A stretch of 64,000 bases of DNA from contig OU015568.1 of NCBI GenBank assembly GCA_907165135.1, positions 7,440,001 through 7,504,000 of the forward strand, given 5' to 3'. This stretch comes from Oikopleura dioica. Taxonomy: Eukaryota; Animalia; Chordata. Under the pieces are notes generated by a model, which was given only the letters and a program-made list of their open reading frames with translations, was not told where the DNA came from and ran no database searches. A program made the translations under genes and the position numbers. Shown here piece by piece: positions 41,465 to 53,329 of the stretch; the stretch's first letter is position 1; every line of letters begins with the position of its first letter.

Positions 41465-44400
41465 ATGAATGTTAATTCTGGCAGCGAAGATGGCCGGAAA
41501 AAGCAAGAAAACAGCAACAAAGCTTTTAAATGGACTGCAATTTCAGCTTTATGCCTTTGTTTCGTGGCGATAGTTAATCATGTGAGTGTCGAGTTAAACT
41601 AGCAAGAAATAAAAATAACTCGTCGAATTCTCACGAAATTAATTAGTGCGTTTACGGACCGCTGCCAGAATGCGACTTGTTCTTCTATCGCGTTTTGCCC
41701 TTGTTCGATTGCGTTTACATCATCGGTGCTATTATTGGACTCATCGCCGCGAAAATGCACAGTGTGATGATTTACTCTTTCTTTAGGTACAGGCCGACTG
41801 CCTGGGCTCGGCAACTTGTGTAGAAAACCTGAGTCTGGTTCTGAAGAGCTAAAATTATAAACCGCGCAGCATTAGCATTTTATTTTATATGCTTAACTGA
41901 AAACGTGGTATGGGCTGATTCTTCGGCAAGACCGAAGAATTGATGCTTTCAATAACACTGATTCTTCGGCAAATCGAGAATTGCCTTGAACCGAAGGATT
42001 AATGATAAAATTGACAGTGATTCTTCGGCAAATTTTCTAGAATCCATTATCAGAATTCTTTTGATAAATTTTTGATTGCAACCTATGAGTCATCACTTAT
42101 GAAAAAGACATTTTCTAGAAAAAAACACATTTTAGCAATAAGTACTTTCTATAATTTGAGGTTAGTGTTAGGGGGCACTGGGCAAAATGACAGAACTAAC
42201 TCACCCGAGGGGGATAGGCTAGGGTTAGTTAGGGTTACCGAAGGTAACCCTAAGTAACCATAGACTAGACCCCGGCATTTAGGACCTAAGGGGCGTAGCC
42301 CCGTGGTTAGGGGCACAGGAATCTGTGAATAAATTCACCTTAGCCGAAGAATCAGTGTTCTTTTATCTCTTTTATCACTCATTCTTCGGTTCAGGCCGAA
42401 GAATCAGTGTTCTTACACGCATCAATCCTTCGGCCTCCAAGCCGAAGAATTAGGCCGTATCACCACTGAAAAGCCGCGTGGCGGCTTTTGAAAACGAAGC
42501 CGCGAAGCGGCTTCGCAAGTATTTGAAAAAGATCAAGATGGTAATGTTGGCTCTCGAATAAGCTGCAAAAACTGAACACGGTCTTGCGTAGGAAAAAGAA
42601 CTGGTATATTTTGTAGAGCTCCGTAGAGCGGGCGAGAACGAAGTGTGTGAAAGTGGCAGCGCGCTCCGCATAAATACGTTGCGCGAGAAAAACATGAAAA
42701 CAAGATAGAATCAGGATCGGCTTTTTCGTGAACCACAACAGCCCCCAGACGATGATGATTCTAGGGTGATGAGTAGAGTTGACTGGACGCGCGGCGCAGG
42801 TTTTGAGCGCGAGCACGGTGATTCGGAAGGGAAGAAGTAGACGATCAGGGTGAAATTGTAGAAGATGAGAACTAAAGATGAGTTGAAAGTGTAGATTTAC
42901 CAGGGCGAGAGCTGGATTTGGAGTCGAAGAGAGATGCCAGGTAGCGGCGTGATAAGGAGAAGTCAGGATTGCCAGGACAATAGCTGGGCTTGTAGATGTA
43001 GAAGGGAGAGTAGAGAGCAGTACCAGGGCTAGAGCTGGGTTTGAAGAGTAGTTAGGATTGCCAGGGCTAGGGCTAGGGCTGGTCTTGGTAGATTCGAGTA
43101 GTAGTGCCAGGGCTTGAGCTGGGCTTAGTGAGAGTTGATTGAGGTTGAGTTGGTTGCCAGGGCGAGTGCTGGGCTTGAAAGAGAGAGGTGTGCCAGGACG
43201 AAAACTGGGCTTAGAAGTTGAGATTGTAGTTGTAGTAGTAGTTGACGTAGTAGTTGTCGAAGTTGAAGTAGGGAGTCTGCGAAGTCGATCAGCTGAGTTT
43301 TGTGCGTCTTGAGTCGAGCGCGGAGTAGAGATGAGAGACAGGAGAAGCGAGCGAAGGATGCATCGTACCCCGAGCTGATGACGAGCAGAGCGTTGAGTAG
43401 AGAAGAAGGATGAAGATTGGTGGATGAAGTTGTTAGAATTGATATGAATTGATGAAAAGGTGAAGAGATTGAAGTTGTTGTGTAGTTTTGGCGATCAAAA
43501 TCATGTCGGTGGAGTTGAGCGGAGGTCATAACCGTTTAGTTGATGATGGCGGGAAGATCGCGAGATTAGAGTTGAACTTGAGCGGCGATGTGACCAAGAC
43601 TCGAAGATTGAAAGAAGATCGCTCGTGAGATCGACGTTGGCGATTTTGATGCAGAGTGCCGTTGGGGATGTGAGGTTTTGGCGGGAGATTTCCGTGTGTC
43701 AACGGAGAAAGTAGTTGAGGGAGGTCGAACGTGTTGAAACTGACGTTGACGGCGTTGAGCAAGAGAAAATCGAGGTAAGTGGCTCAGAAGGCTAGACTAC
43801 CTTTGGTGGGCACTCTTTATGTGCCGAAAACTCGACACAAGTAAAGAGTGACGCGAGAGTTTCGCGGTTTGATTCATGCGCCAGCTAACAGTAAACCAGC
43901 GAGAGAGAGGTTGTTGTCGTAGCCAACGTTGAGCGCAAGAAAACAACGGCGGGGATGTCCAGAGGTGGCTAGGTGACGTTCGTTCTCTACCAGCGAAGAG
44001 TAGACGAGATTCCAACAAAAAAAAACGAAGTTTTTTAGATGAAGGGCGAGGGTTCTAGTAGTCCTGGTACCATTTTATGTTGGCTCTCGAATAAGCTGCA
44101 AAAACTGAACACGGTCTTGCGTAGGAAAAAGAACTGGTATATTTTGTAGAGCTCCGTAGAGCGGGCGAGAACGAAGTGTGTGAAAGTGGCAGCGCGCTCC
44201 GCATAAATACGTTGCGCGAGAAAAACATGAAAACAAGATAGAATCAGGATCGGCTTTTTCGTGAACCACAACAGTAACGTTGCGAAGGCGCTTCGCGGCT
44301 TCATTTTCAAAAAAGCCGCTACGCGGCTTTTCAGTTAAGCTCTTCAGTGCCTGACTCAGGTATTCTAACTCTTGTTCATTTTTTACAGTCGATTCTAGCG

Positions 44401-44772
44401 TATCTGCGGTGACGACAATGCTGTGTTACATTATCAACGCCGCTGTAGACACGATGTCGATTACAGCGGACATGAAGCAGCTAAGGGTAGTACTAGGCGA
44501 TAAGTTTAGAAAGTAATTTTGGATGTCGATTCTTCCTATCCACCCCTCAGGAAGCGTCAGTAAGTGCCAGCGAGGTATTAGAAGACGATGCCGTAACTGG
44601 CAGAGTTATCGATTACTGCAGGTGAGCTCAACGGGGGATTACGGCTCTGGATTAGGCTTTTAGATATCCGGAGAATCGTTATCATGGATACAAGTTCGAC
44701 TTAATTGTGGAGGCGCTTGGAGTTGCCATTCATATCGCTGCTTTGCTTTTCGAGTTTCAAATGTTCATTTAA
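41465..44772 (+). CDS. Small multi-pass membrane orphan protein; one intron holds the nested transposon stack
   Basis: Hydrophobic exons WTAISALCLCFVAIVNH, CVYIIGAIIGLIAAKMH, VSAVTTMLCYIINAAVD and LIVEALGVAIHIAALLFEF. The splice 41761-44388 is in phase (phase 1). Confidence 0.6.
41904..42464. mobile_element. Non-autonomous DNA element with 8-bp TSD and subterminal attcttcggc repeats
   Basis: ACTGAAAA is duplicated at 41896-41903 and 42465-42472. Multiple attcttcgg(c/t) repeats on the left are mirrored by gccgaagaat on the right. Confidence 0.75.
42545..44273 (-). mobile_element. Young non-autonomous LTR retroelement (TRIM-like / Ty3-gypsy derivative)
   Basis: Two 196-bp TG...CA LTRs (42545-42740, 44078-44273) identical by eye, and a GTAA TSD. 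Minus-strand PBS TGGTACCAGGA (44062-44072) and a G-run PPT next to the other LTR. No RT, integrase or protease motifs are visible. Confidence 0.92.
42898..43212 (-). repeat. Seven spaced copies of a ~21-nt stem-loop motif AAGCCCAGnnnnnnCCTGGCA
   Basis: Plus-strand copies begin near 42898, 42970, 43021, 43059, 43105, 43155 and 43191, with unrelated spacers. Confidence 0.8.
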
Positions 44773-45090
44773 CATCGTCCAAATTTGCAAATTTCAAACT
44801 CGCAAAAGATCCTTTCAATCCGCGCAAGAAAGAAGCTCGAACGAGATGTTCATTATAAAAAACTCCTCCAAAAAACATTGACCCTCGAATAGAAAAAATT
44901 TCAGAAACTGTTGAATAAACATTCTCAAAGAAATTAAAGGCTGACCGCGTAGTAAAGCGATGCTTGAGATGGATTAAAATAACACAGACTTTAACCGACT
45001 TGTCTTATGCGTTCATGGCTATTAATTTTATTGAAGAGAAGGTTAAAGAAAGAAAATTGTATAAAGAAAGAAGGGAAGTCGATTCTCTAA

Positions 45091-45632
45091 ATGGGCAAAA
45101 AGCTGTTTAGCTATTCTTTCCCAGGTAGATAAGTCGAGTACTGAAGGAGAGCTGGAACGTGGTTTTGTTTCAGAGCGCAACCACGAGCGGACGACGACCC
45201 TTGGCAGAATTACGGCCGTCTCGATTGTTCTTATCTTGGCGATAACAGGTAAACACTAGTATGAGACATTCTTGCTACAAACACGCGACTCTTTTCATCA
45301 TTTCTTTCTTCTTTTTAGGGGCAGTGATGATAGCTGAAGTTAGCGCGAAAACGAGGAACAAAAATTCCTCTTCAATGGAAGAAGTCGCTGTTGATCAAAT
45401 AGAAATCGTCGAGGAAATAGTTGAAAAAGATGAAAAACGAAGAAAAACGACGACAACAACGCCGCAGGCTCCAACAACTACAACACGTTTATTATTCAAC
45501 GATAGCGTTTCTAACTTGAAGGATGCCTCAGCTGACTCAAATCGAACAGAGATAGGGGATAAGCCGCCGGCTGAGCCAGAAGATGCAGATTCTTCTTTTT
45601 GGGTGGATTACATCGAAGAACTGCCCAATTGA
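45091..45632 (+). CDS. Orphan type II single-pass membrane protein with Thr-rich stalk
   Basis: In-phase exons MGKKLFSYSFP|ERNHERTTTLGRITAVSIVLILAIT|GAVMIAEVSAK..., followed by TTTTTPQAPTTTT and N-glycosylation sequons. The ORF-track start at 45261 lies in the second intron. Confidence 0.65.
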
Positions 45633-45683
45633 CCTGTTTTTATTGCTTCTCTATCTCTTTCAAAGAAATACTGTCAAAAACAA

Positions 45684-45908
45684 TCTGAGTAGAAAACCTG
45701 AGTTGGGGTTCTAAAAGATAAAAATGAAAAGCCGCGTAGCGGCTTTTTTAACAAAGCCGCGAAGCGGCTTCGCGAGTTAAAATAATACAATGAGTTGGTA
45801 ACTTTGGCGGAGCCGCTTTGCGGCTTCGTTAAAAAAAAAAGCCGCTACGCGGCTTTTCATTTAAATCTTTTAGAAACCTGACTCTGGTTTTCTACACAGG
45901 TTGCCGAT
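45684..45908. mobile_element. Family-A MITE copy
   Basis: Both arms with hairpin cores. Confidence 0.75.
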
Positions 45909-46307
45909 GACAGGTTTCCATTATATTCCTGCTAGAGTGGATAGAACTGTCCAATAAACGTCCCATCCTCGCGAATATTAAATGCATTTGCACTAAAGTT
46001 TAGTACTACCAAACACTCCCTCTCTTCTCCTTTGCTTAAATAATTCGCCCCCAAAGCCGGAGAGAACCAGCATCAGATTTTTTTTCTCAAAGCCACGAAA
46101 TAACATCTTTTCTCGCAGGTTGAAAACCGCACATGGGTAAGCACACGAATAATGGTTTCTTTTCAGTACCGCACTTTCTCGTTAAACATTTACAGACAGA
46201 GAGAATAGACAAGAGACTGAGATAATTTTTGATCTTCAGAGTTTTCCAATAGCGATTACGATTCCGGGTTTCTAAGAAAACATTCTTTACTGTAAGTTTC
46301 TCAAAAA

Positions 46308-46412
46308 TGGGCTCGAAAACCTGAGTAGAAAACCTGAGTCAGGGTCTGAAATATCTCAAATGAAAAGCCGCGTAGAGAAATTTCAGACCCTGACTCAGGT
46401 TTTCTACTCAGG
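46308..46412. mobile_element. Short family-A MITE copy
   Basis: gggctcgaaaacctgagtagaaaacctgagtcaggg with an inverted arm. Confidence 0.7.
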
Positions 46413-47179
46413 ATAATTAATATTGCATTAATATCACCTTAAGGGAGTACCAAATATAAGTAAGTCTTGAACAATTTTACTTACTAAGTATGATAGAAAT
46501 TGGATTTCATGCGAATAAAAAAGTTTTATCCAAAAGTCATAAATTGAAGTTTTTTTTACCTTTTTTATAATTTCATTCATATAAAAACATTGAATAAAGT
46601 TAAAAATGAATAGTATACCCTGCAAATTATATAACAGCTTCGATGAAATCGAGTACCAAATATAAGTTTTTTTCACTATAGTCTTGAATAATTGAGTATT
46701 CAGCGGATTTAGCGTCCGCTAAATTAGATAATTGAACGGGGCTGTTCAGTGCCAGCGGCGATTATTTGTTGTCCCTTTAGTCGGATTTTTTCACGCTCGA
46801 GATTTATTCCTAAATAAATTATTTACTGGGAAAATAATACCAACTGTCCGTGGCTTTCTTTTGCGGCGCGGACTGACATTGCCCCCGGCGCATGTCCCAG
46901 TCGGGAGTCGCAAGGTGGCGTCGCCATTCAATTTTGGACCGAAGGGAAGAGCATCGTTACTGAATGTTTTTGGATTTTTTTTGAATTACAGAGACGCGTA
47001 AATACATAAAAAATGAAGATGATAAGAGTTAGATAACAAGAAAGAAAAAGAGGATCAAAATGGAATTTATTTTCAGGACCGGTGATAGAATATACATTTT
47101 CCTTGAGAAAGAACGGATCAACTTATTTTTAATTAATCAGAGTTTTTAATAAGTCTTTTTTGATTCAAAAAAGTGAAGA

Positions 47180-50100
47180 ATGAAAGATTCACCTGAAGAA
47201 AGCTCGTCTTTTTGGAGAAATGGTGTACAAAATAGAGATATCTTTTATTGGTCGAGTATTACGAAGAGATATATTCTTGCCTGGGCAACATGTAAGAAAC
47301 CAAATCCTGAGCTCGGCAAACTTTGTAGAAAATCTGAGTCAGGGTCTGAAAAATCTTTACTGAAAAGCCGCGCAGCGGCTTCTTCAAAAACAAAGCCGCA
47401 AAGTGGCTTTATAAAATTATCATTCGAATTCTTTTTTTTTTATTTTATTAAAATGATTAAAATTTTAATTTAAAAATAGATTTGAGTGATAATTTTGTGA
47501 AGCCACTTTGCGGTTTTGTTTTAAAAGAAGCCGCTGCGCGGCTTTTCATTAAAGATTTTTCAGACCCTGACTCAGGTTTTTACACAGGTTGCCGAACCCA
47601 GACCAAATCATTCTAGCTTTTTTTTAATAAATGTAGTTTATTCTTATTCAAAATATACAGAGGTTTGAAATAAGCCCCTCTGCATGTTCTTGATTGATAA
47701 TCGCGGTTGTTAAATTCATGAGCTGTCTGGTAATGAGACTACTTAAGGTATAGGATTTATGCTAACGTTTGCCATGCGCTGCAATTTGGGAGTGACGCTG
47801 ACGGAACTCACGAAGCCGAAGAATGTCACGGTCCCTGTCAGAGAAGTCGTTGTCGACGAGACGCTGCCTGATCCAGGCAATTTTAATAAAACATTCGCGA
47901 ATCGGGCTCTACTACTCTTTTTCATACATATAGAATCGCAGATGAGAAAAAAAAAAAGAAATCCGTTTGACTAATCAATTATTTCTACCTTTCTTTCGTC
48001 GAAAACAGAGGGTTGATTCTCTCATGTTTTCTTCGTAAAAGACCTATTTTAAATACAAGCTTTTTACAGTACTTATTTTTGACCTCCTCTCCTTTCCTGG
48101 AGTCCTGATCCTCAAAGGACAAAACAGAAACAAACACTTGTTTACGGCATCGTAAATTTATGCAAGGAAAACATGCTAGTCGTGTTTGAGGTCGACCCAG
48201 TAATGTGTCACTAACATGATAACAATAAAAGAGCCCGTGAAAAAGAAATTGATGAAAACATCAACACAGATGTGGTGGAAAAGGTAGCGGTGCTGAGTTG
48301 GGACCCGGAAATGATCGGCCTGGTGCACTCATCATTCTTCTGGGGATACATCCTTACGCAGATTCCCTCTGGCTACGCTGCTTCTATATTTCCTCCTTAC
48401 AAGTTAGTTTGCGTGTTTTCTAAAGTTTGAGTAATGAGTGAAAAGTTGAACTTTTTTTTGTTAACTTCTCATGCATTCCAAGCCCCTCCTAAGTCGTAAG
48501 GAACAGTAACATTCCTCAGACAAGCAATTTCATTTTGAAAACTTTTGTAAAAAGGGTAAGTGCTGTCCTGGGAAAAGCCAAAAGCGGACTTAGCAGATGG
48601 GACTTAGCCGCCGCGTCGGAGGACGCAATTCGCGGCGCAATTATGATTCTAAAGATGCCTGTCGAGGGAATCGTCGCAGCGCTTATCCGAGGGATTAATA
48701 GATGTTTATAGACAATTTCATGTCGATAAACAATACCTACAGATCTGAAGACGTTTTTCTTCAGTATGAAATCATTGCGACTTATATTGTCAGACTCTGA
48801 GCTCGGCAACCTTTGTAGAAAACCTGACTCAGGGTCTAAAGAGTTCTTAAATTGAGTGGAAAGGTAATTTTGCGAAGCCGCTTCGCGGCTTCGTTTTAAA
48901 AAAAGCCGCTACGCGGCTTTTCATTTTAGCCTTTTAGACCCTGACTCAGGTTTTCTACGCTGTTTGCCGAGCGGATTTTTTCACAAAAATTTGTAAATTA
49001 TGGTTTTTAGATTATTTACACTGTCGATCATCATCTCAACTTCGATGAACATCTTCCTCCCGATCGCAATTAGAAACGAAAACTTCGGCGGTACAATTTT
49101 TCTGCGAATTATTCAAGGCCTAGCGGAGGGAATGTTGTATCCTTGTTGTCATGGAATCTGGGCGAAGTGGGCGCCTCCTTTAGAACGTTCAAGATTAGCC
49201 ACAATTTCCTTTTCGGGCTCTTACGCAGGCACGCGAGTTCAAATAAACCCTTTTTCTTGCCATAATAATTGTTTTTGAACTTGGAAAGGGCCCGTTCTTG
49301 GCTACGCGCTGGGTGGATATTTGATCGACAACTATGGCGCGTTCGGTCTTCTGTCGCCATTTTACTTCTGCTCTTTTCTCAATGTAATATGGATAGGTGC
49401 GTTTTAAAGCCAGAGCTACTGAAGCATGTGACGTGCTCTGCGGTTCTCAATCCTGTTTTCAGTGACGTTCTGTCTTTTGGCCCACGACTCACCGAGGAGC
49501 CATCCCACCATCCTTCAAGAAGAGCGCGATTATATCGAAAAATCACTCGATGAAAAACAAACATTTGCAATCAAATCGGTAATCAAGGAATTTTTGATCA
49601 AAGCTTAATTTCTGTAGTTTTGGAATACGCCGTGGAAAAAGTTCTTCACCTCGCTGCCTGTTTGGGCGATTATCGTCGCCAATTTCTGCCGATCGTGGAC
49701 GTTTTACATGTTGATCATTTCCCAATCTCGCTTTTTGGAGGATGTTCTAAATTTGGGTACGTTCTAAGGCTCAGAATCTGAGCTAGCTGCCTGTGAGCTA
49801 AGCAACCTGTGTAGAAAACCTGAGTCAGGGTCTGAGAGATTTTGAATGAAAAGCCGCGTAGCGGCTTTTTTTAAACGAAGCCGCAAAGCGGCTTCGCCGA
49901 ATTTTGAAAATATAAATGAATGAAAATTTTGCGAAGCCGCGCCGCGGCTTCGTTTTTAAAAAAGCCGCTACGCGGCTTTTCATCAAATCTCACCAGCAGA
50001 TCTATCAGACCCCGAGTCAGGTTTTCAATTTTTTATCATCTTTTTTTATTCTATTCTCGATTTTAAGACGCTTCGCAAGCTGGAGTTGTTGGTGCAATTC

Positions 50101-51458
50101 CTCATCTAGTCATGGCATTTATCGTCCCTGTAGGAGGCTGGCTAGCGGACAATCTAAGGCGGAAGAAAATTCTATCGCCAACGAATGTGAGAAAAGTGAT
50201 GAATTGCGGAGGATTCGGAACCGAGGCGTTTTTCTTGCTGGTTCTAAGGGAAGGTTAAGAACATTTATTTTGGCGGATTTCCTAATCCCTCGATTCTGAG
50301 TTCGATGATTTCGAATTGTTTTGGCTAAAAATGATAACCTCCTCGAAAAGCTATACAAAGACGAAAATAGACAATGTCATGGCGCTGATTATAGCTGTTG
50401 GAGCGTCTGGTTTCGCCATTTCCGGCTTTAACGTTAACCATTTGGATATTGCGCCACGTTATGCCTCCATTTTGATGGGAATTACCAACTCCTGCGGAAC
50501 GTTAAGTGGCATCCTCGTTTCTATTGTTTCCGGAGCGCTGACGAAAGATACTGTGAGTGCCACTGAGGCGAACTAAAGATCGTTTTCGAGCTCGGATGAT
50601 AGTGATTAAGCCGTTTCTTTTTGGATTAAGAACCACTTAAAAAATATTTTAAGAGCTCGGCTTCCTTCGTAGAAAACCTGAGTCAGGGTCTGGAAGATAT
50701 CAAACGAAAAGCCGCATCGCGGCTTTTTTAAAAACGAAGCCGCAAAGCGGCTTCGCTAGAACTTGAAACTTGAGTCGAAAAGTAATTTTGAGAAGCCGCT
50801 CAGCGGCTTCGTTTAAAAAAAAGCCGCTATGCGGCTTTTCGTTTGAGATCTTCCAGACCCTGACTCAGGTTTTCCAGAGGAAATTGATGATGTTTCTGAA
50901 AGTTCCAAAAACTATCTTTTTGTTGATCATTATTGACAATAATTTATTGTATTTAGCGCGTCGAAGACACTGCCGACGCCCGCGAAGCCTGGCGAGACGT
51001 CTTTGTCCTAGCAGCTTGTGTTCATATCTTCGGCGTTGTATTTTATGGTACTTGCGGGATTAGACAAACTTCTCTTTTGCTCATTAAAATTTCAAGGATT
51101 CTTTGCATCTGCTGAGAAACAGTACTGGGCTGAGCCGCATGAAGATATGATCAGACTTTATGATGAAGATACTGGCTTCGGAGGTGAAGATAATGAAGGA
51201 ATAGTTCGAAATTAAGGGTATACTAGCAGAAAAAATTTAAGAAGAAAATTGAAATCATAGAGGAAAATTGAATATTTTTCGAACTGGAATAAAGGACTCG
51301 GGGGATATGGCGCTATCGGCGAGGTAATCGAAGGGCATTTAATCTTTTAAAACAATTTAATTTTTAATAAGGTGAACACAGATCTCGTACAGCCTCCTGC
51401 CACTGCCGCAAATGGACAAAGCACTCTTGAGAAAGATGGCTATCAAGCAGTCGACTGA
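47180..51458 (+). CDS. SLC17A6: Vesicular glutamate transporter (SLC17A6/7/8-type); extreme C-terminus uncertain (stop at 51215 or 51458)
   Basis: [120 protein letters not shown] and [11 protein letters not shown] are VGLUT-diagnostic. The symbol indicates family only. Confidence 0.93.
47307..47601. mobile_element. Family-A MITE copy with perfect 8-bp TSD in VGLUT intron 1
   Basis: ACCAAATC at 47299-47306 and 47602-47609. Confidence 0.9.
48797..48974. mobile_element. Family-A MITE copy (VGLUT intron)
   Basis: ctgagctcggcaacc arm and inverted arm. Confidence 0.75.
49795..50025. mobile_element. Family-A MITE copy (VGLUT intron)
   Basis: gcaacctgtgtagaaaacctgagtcaggg arm and hairpin cores. 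Confidence 0.75.
50652..50880. mobile_element. Family-A MITE copy (VGLUT intron)
   Basis: Both arms with hairpin cores. Confidence 0.75.
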
Positions 51459-51687
51459 GCTACTACTTCTTTTCTGTCGACATTATGACTGTAGAATTTT
51501 TTTATTTAAATTATTACCAACGCGCGTCAGCAAGAAAATAAACTATTTATCCACAAAAAATATCTTTCCTATTTTTAAAATGAGCAATAAGTCGCTTTTC
51601 TTACCGGAAGTAGGGAAATAATTGCAAAAATAAAAATCATTAATTAGGTTCAAAAGTCTTAGTAAAGCATCGTTTGATTGAAATAAA

Positions 51688-52941
51688 ATGGTAGAGAGTT
51701 TCGATAAGCGAAGAAAAATGTGTATTTTCAGGCAATTGAAGGTGAGGATCTTTCAAAAACGGCACTTCATGTCAAGAAAGCACTTGTAAGAGCCAAGCAA
51801 AAATATGGACAACCGTTTATTGCAGCAATCGCTGTTATTATTCATGGTGATATATAATCGGAATTCTCGTAATTATACCAGTTGCAGAGGTATCTCCTGG
51901 CATGGCGAAATACTTGAGAGAAGCAGAGAGAGTCGGATGGAAAGACGTTCCCGTCGATTTTGGAGACCTTGTTCAAAAGCTTCAGGAGAAGTATATGCAA
52001 ACAATAAGAAAAAGATCGAAAATGAACGACTTTATGAAAGTCAAATTGCAGGAAAAATATGAGACGGTATCAAGAAGGATTGATGAGGCAGTATTTAGAA
52101 CTGACGACTTTCAAGTTTTCTTTGAACGGCCAGGTTTCTGCCCTAGGTACTGATCTTTCAAGGCAAAATCCGAGTTGAATCCTAAAAAGACAAAAAAGGA
52201 ACTCGAGGAAATTCTGACTGCCGACGACGTGGATTTCGTCGGAAATTATATTGAAGGAGTTCTCGGTCAAAAGGTAGGGTTTTAGTCTTCTTTTTAGTTC
52301 TTGATTGACGAGAATATCAATATTTTCAGGAAAGTGGAAGTCAAGATATTTCAAAATCCGCACTTGCTGTTACGAAATCCCTTCATAGAGCGAAAGCAAA
52401 ATTTGGGAATGAGTTTACTGAAACCATCGCGGCGATTCTTCACGGTAATGTTCTTATTGGAAGGTTTGTCTTATTATCAAATCCAGCAATATCTCCTGCT
52501 ACTGCGAAATACTTGAGACAAGCAGAAGGAAACAAATGGCGGGACGTAACGCGCCCTCAGTTCGATTTTGATAATTACGATCAAAACAATCAAAACTACG
52601 AAAAAGCAGTTACAGAAATGCAAGAACCTGTCAAAGCTAAACTGCAAGAAAAATACGCGCACGCATCAAGAGTGATTGATGAGGCTGTGGATGAAACTGG
52701 TGACTTTCAAGTCTTCTATGAAAAGCTAGGTTTCAAAAGATCTTCACGGCATAAAAATTATTCAAAATCGTGCTTTTGAATCCTGAAAAGATAAAGCACG
52801 AACTCGAGTCAATTCTGACCGCCGACGACGTTGATTTCGTCAAGCATTATGTTGAGGGAGTTCTTGGTCCTGAGGTCGAGCTTTCACTTTATCGATGATT
52901 TTCAGTCTTCATTTAAGTTTTTGATTGATGAATATTTATGA
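51688..52941 (+). CDS. Orphan protein built from two tandem ~150-aa homologous units
   Basis: Unit pairs: DLSKTAL..RAKQKYG / DISKSAL..RAKAKFG; AKYLREAE / AKYLRQAE; KLQEKY..SRRIDEAV..DFQVF / KLQEKY..SRVIDEAV..DFQVF; ILTADDVDFV..Y.EGVLG in both. Intron positions are shared between units. Confidence 0.7.
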
Positions 52942-53329
52942 TCTTCGAACTCTGCCAATAAAGAATCAATCCTTGTTGTCTCCAACAAAATTTGTCGGGT
53001 TGAAATATCAATACGGTATTGAGATGCCATGAGATCCACGTTGAGCTTTAGAAATGTTGTTTTGAATAATTCTATAAACTCTGAAAACAAAATCTGAATA
53101 ATTAAACGCTCCATGCGATGAGTCTCGGCTGTGGAGATTCATGTAAGAAAATATTTTTCGACACGGTTTTTCGTTGATTTTAACAAGGAATGGATTACAC
53201 ATTGGAGCAGCTCAAAGATTTGACAAGAGAATTAGAGATTCATGGAGCGGCTCAGGAGCGGTTTTCGAAATCATCGTTCACTCTTTCATTCTTTCTGACT
53301 TCAAAAGAAGCTAGAATTTTTTGATAAAA

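Larger units (their letters stand above)
41802..44368. mobile_element. Family-A MITE expanded by two nested insertions
   Basis: Left TIR at 41802; hairpin core resumes at 42473; inverted arm at 44280-44368. Confidence 0.75.

Noticed and set aside
42215-42260. TTAGGG-like motifs
   Set aside because: Two or three imperfect units forming a hairpin inside a transposon; not a telomeric array.
42898-43212. Repeat-spacer array as CRISPR
   Set aside because: Eukaryotic context inside an LTR element, degenerate repeats, unequal low-complexity spacers and no cas genes. Kept as a structural-RNA finding instead.
45261-45632. ORF read as a peptide-hormone precursor (signal peptide plus KRRK)
   Set aside because: Upstream in-phase exons give a signal-anchor type II protein, and the ORF-track N-terminus is intronic.
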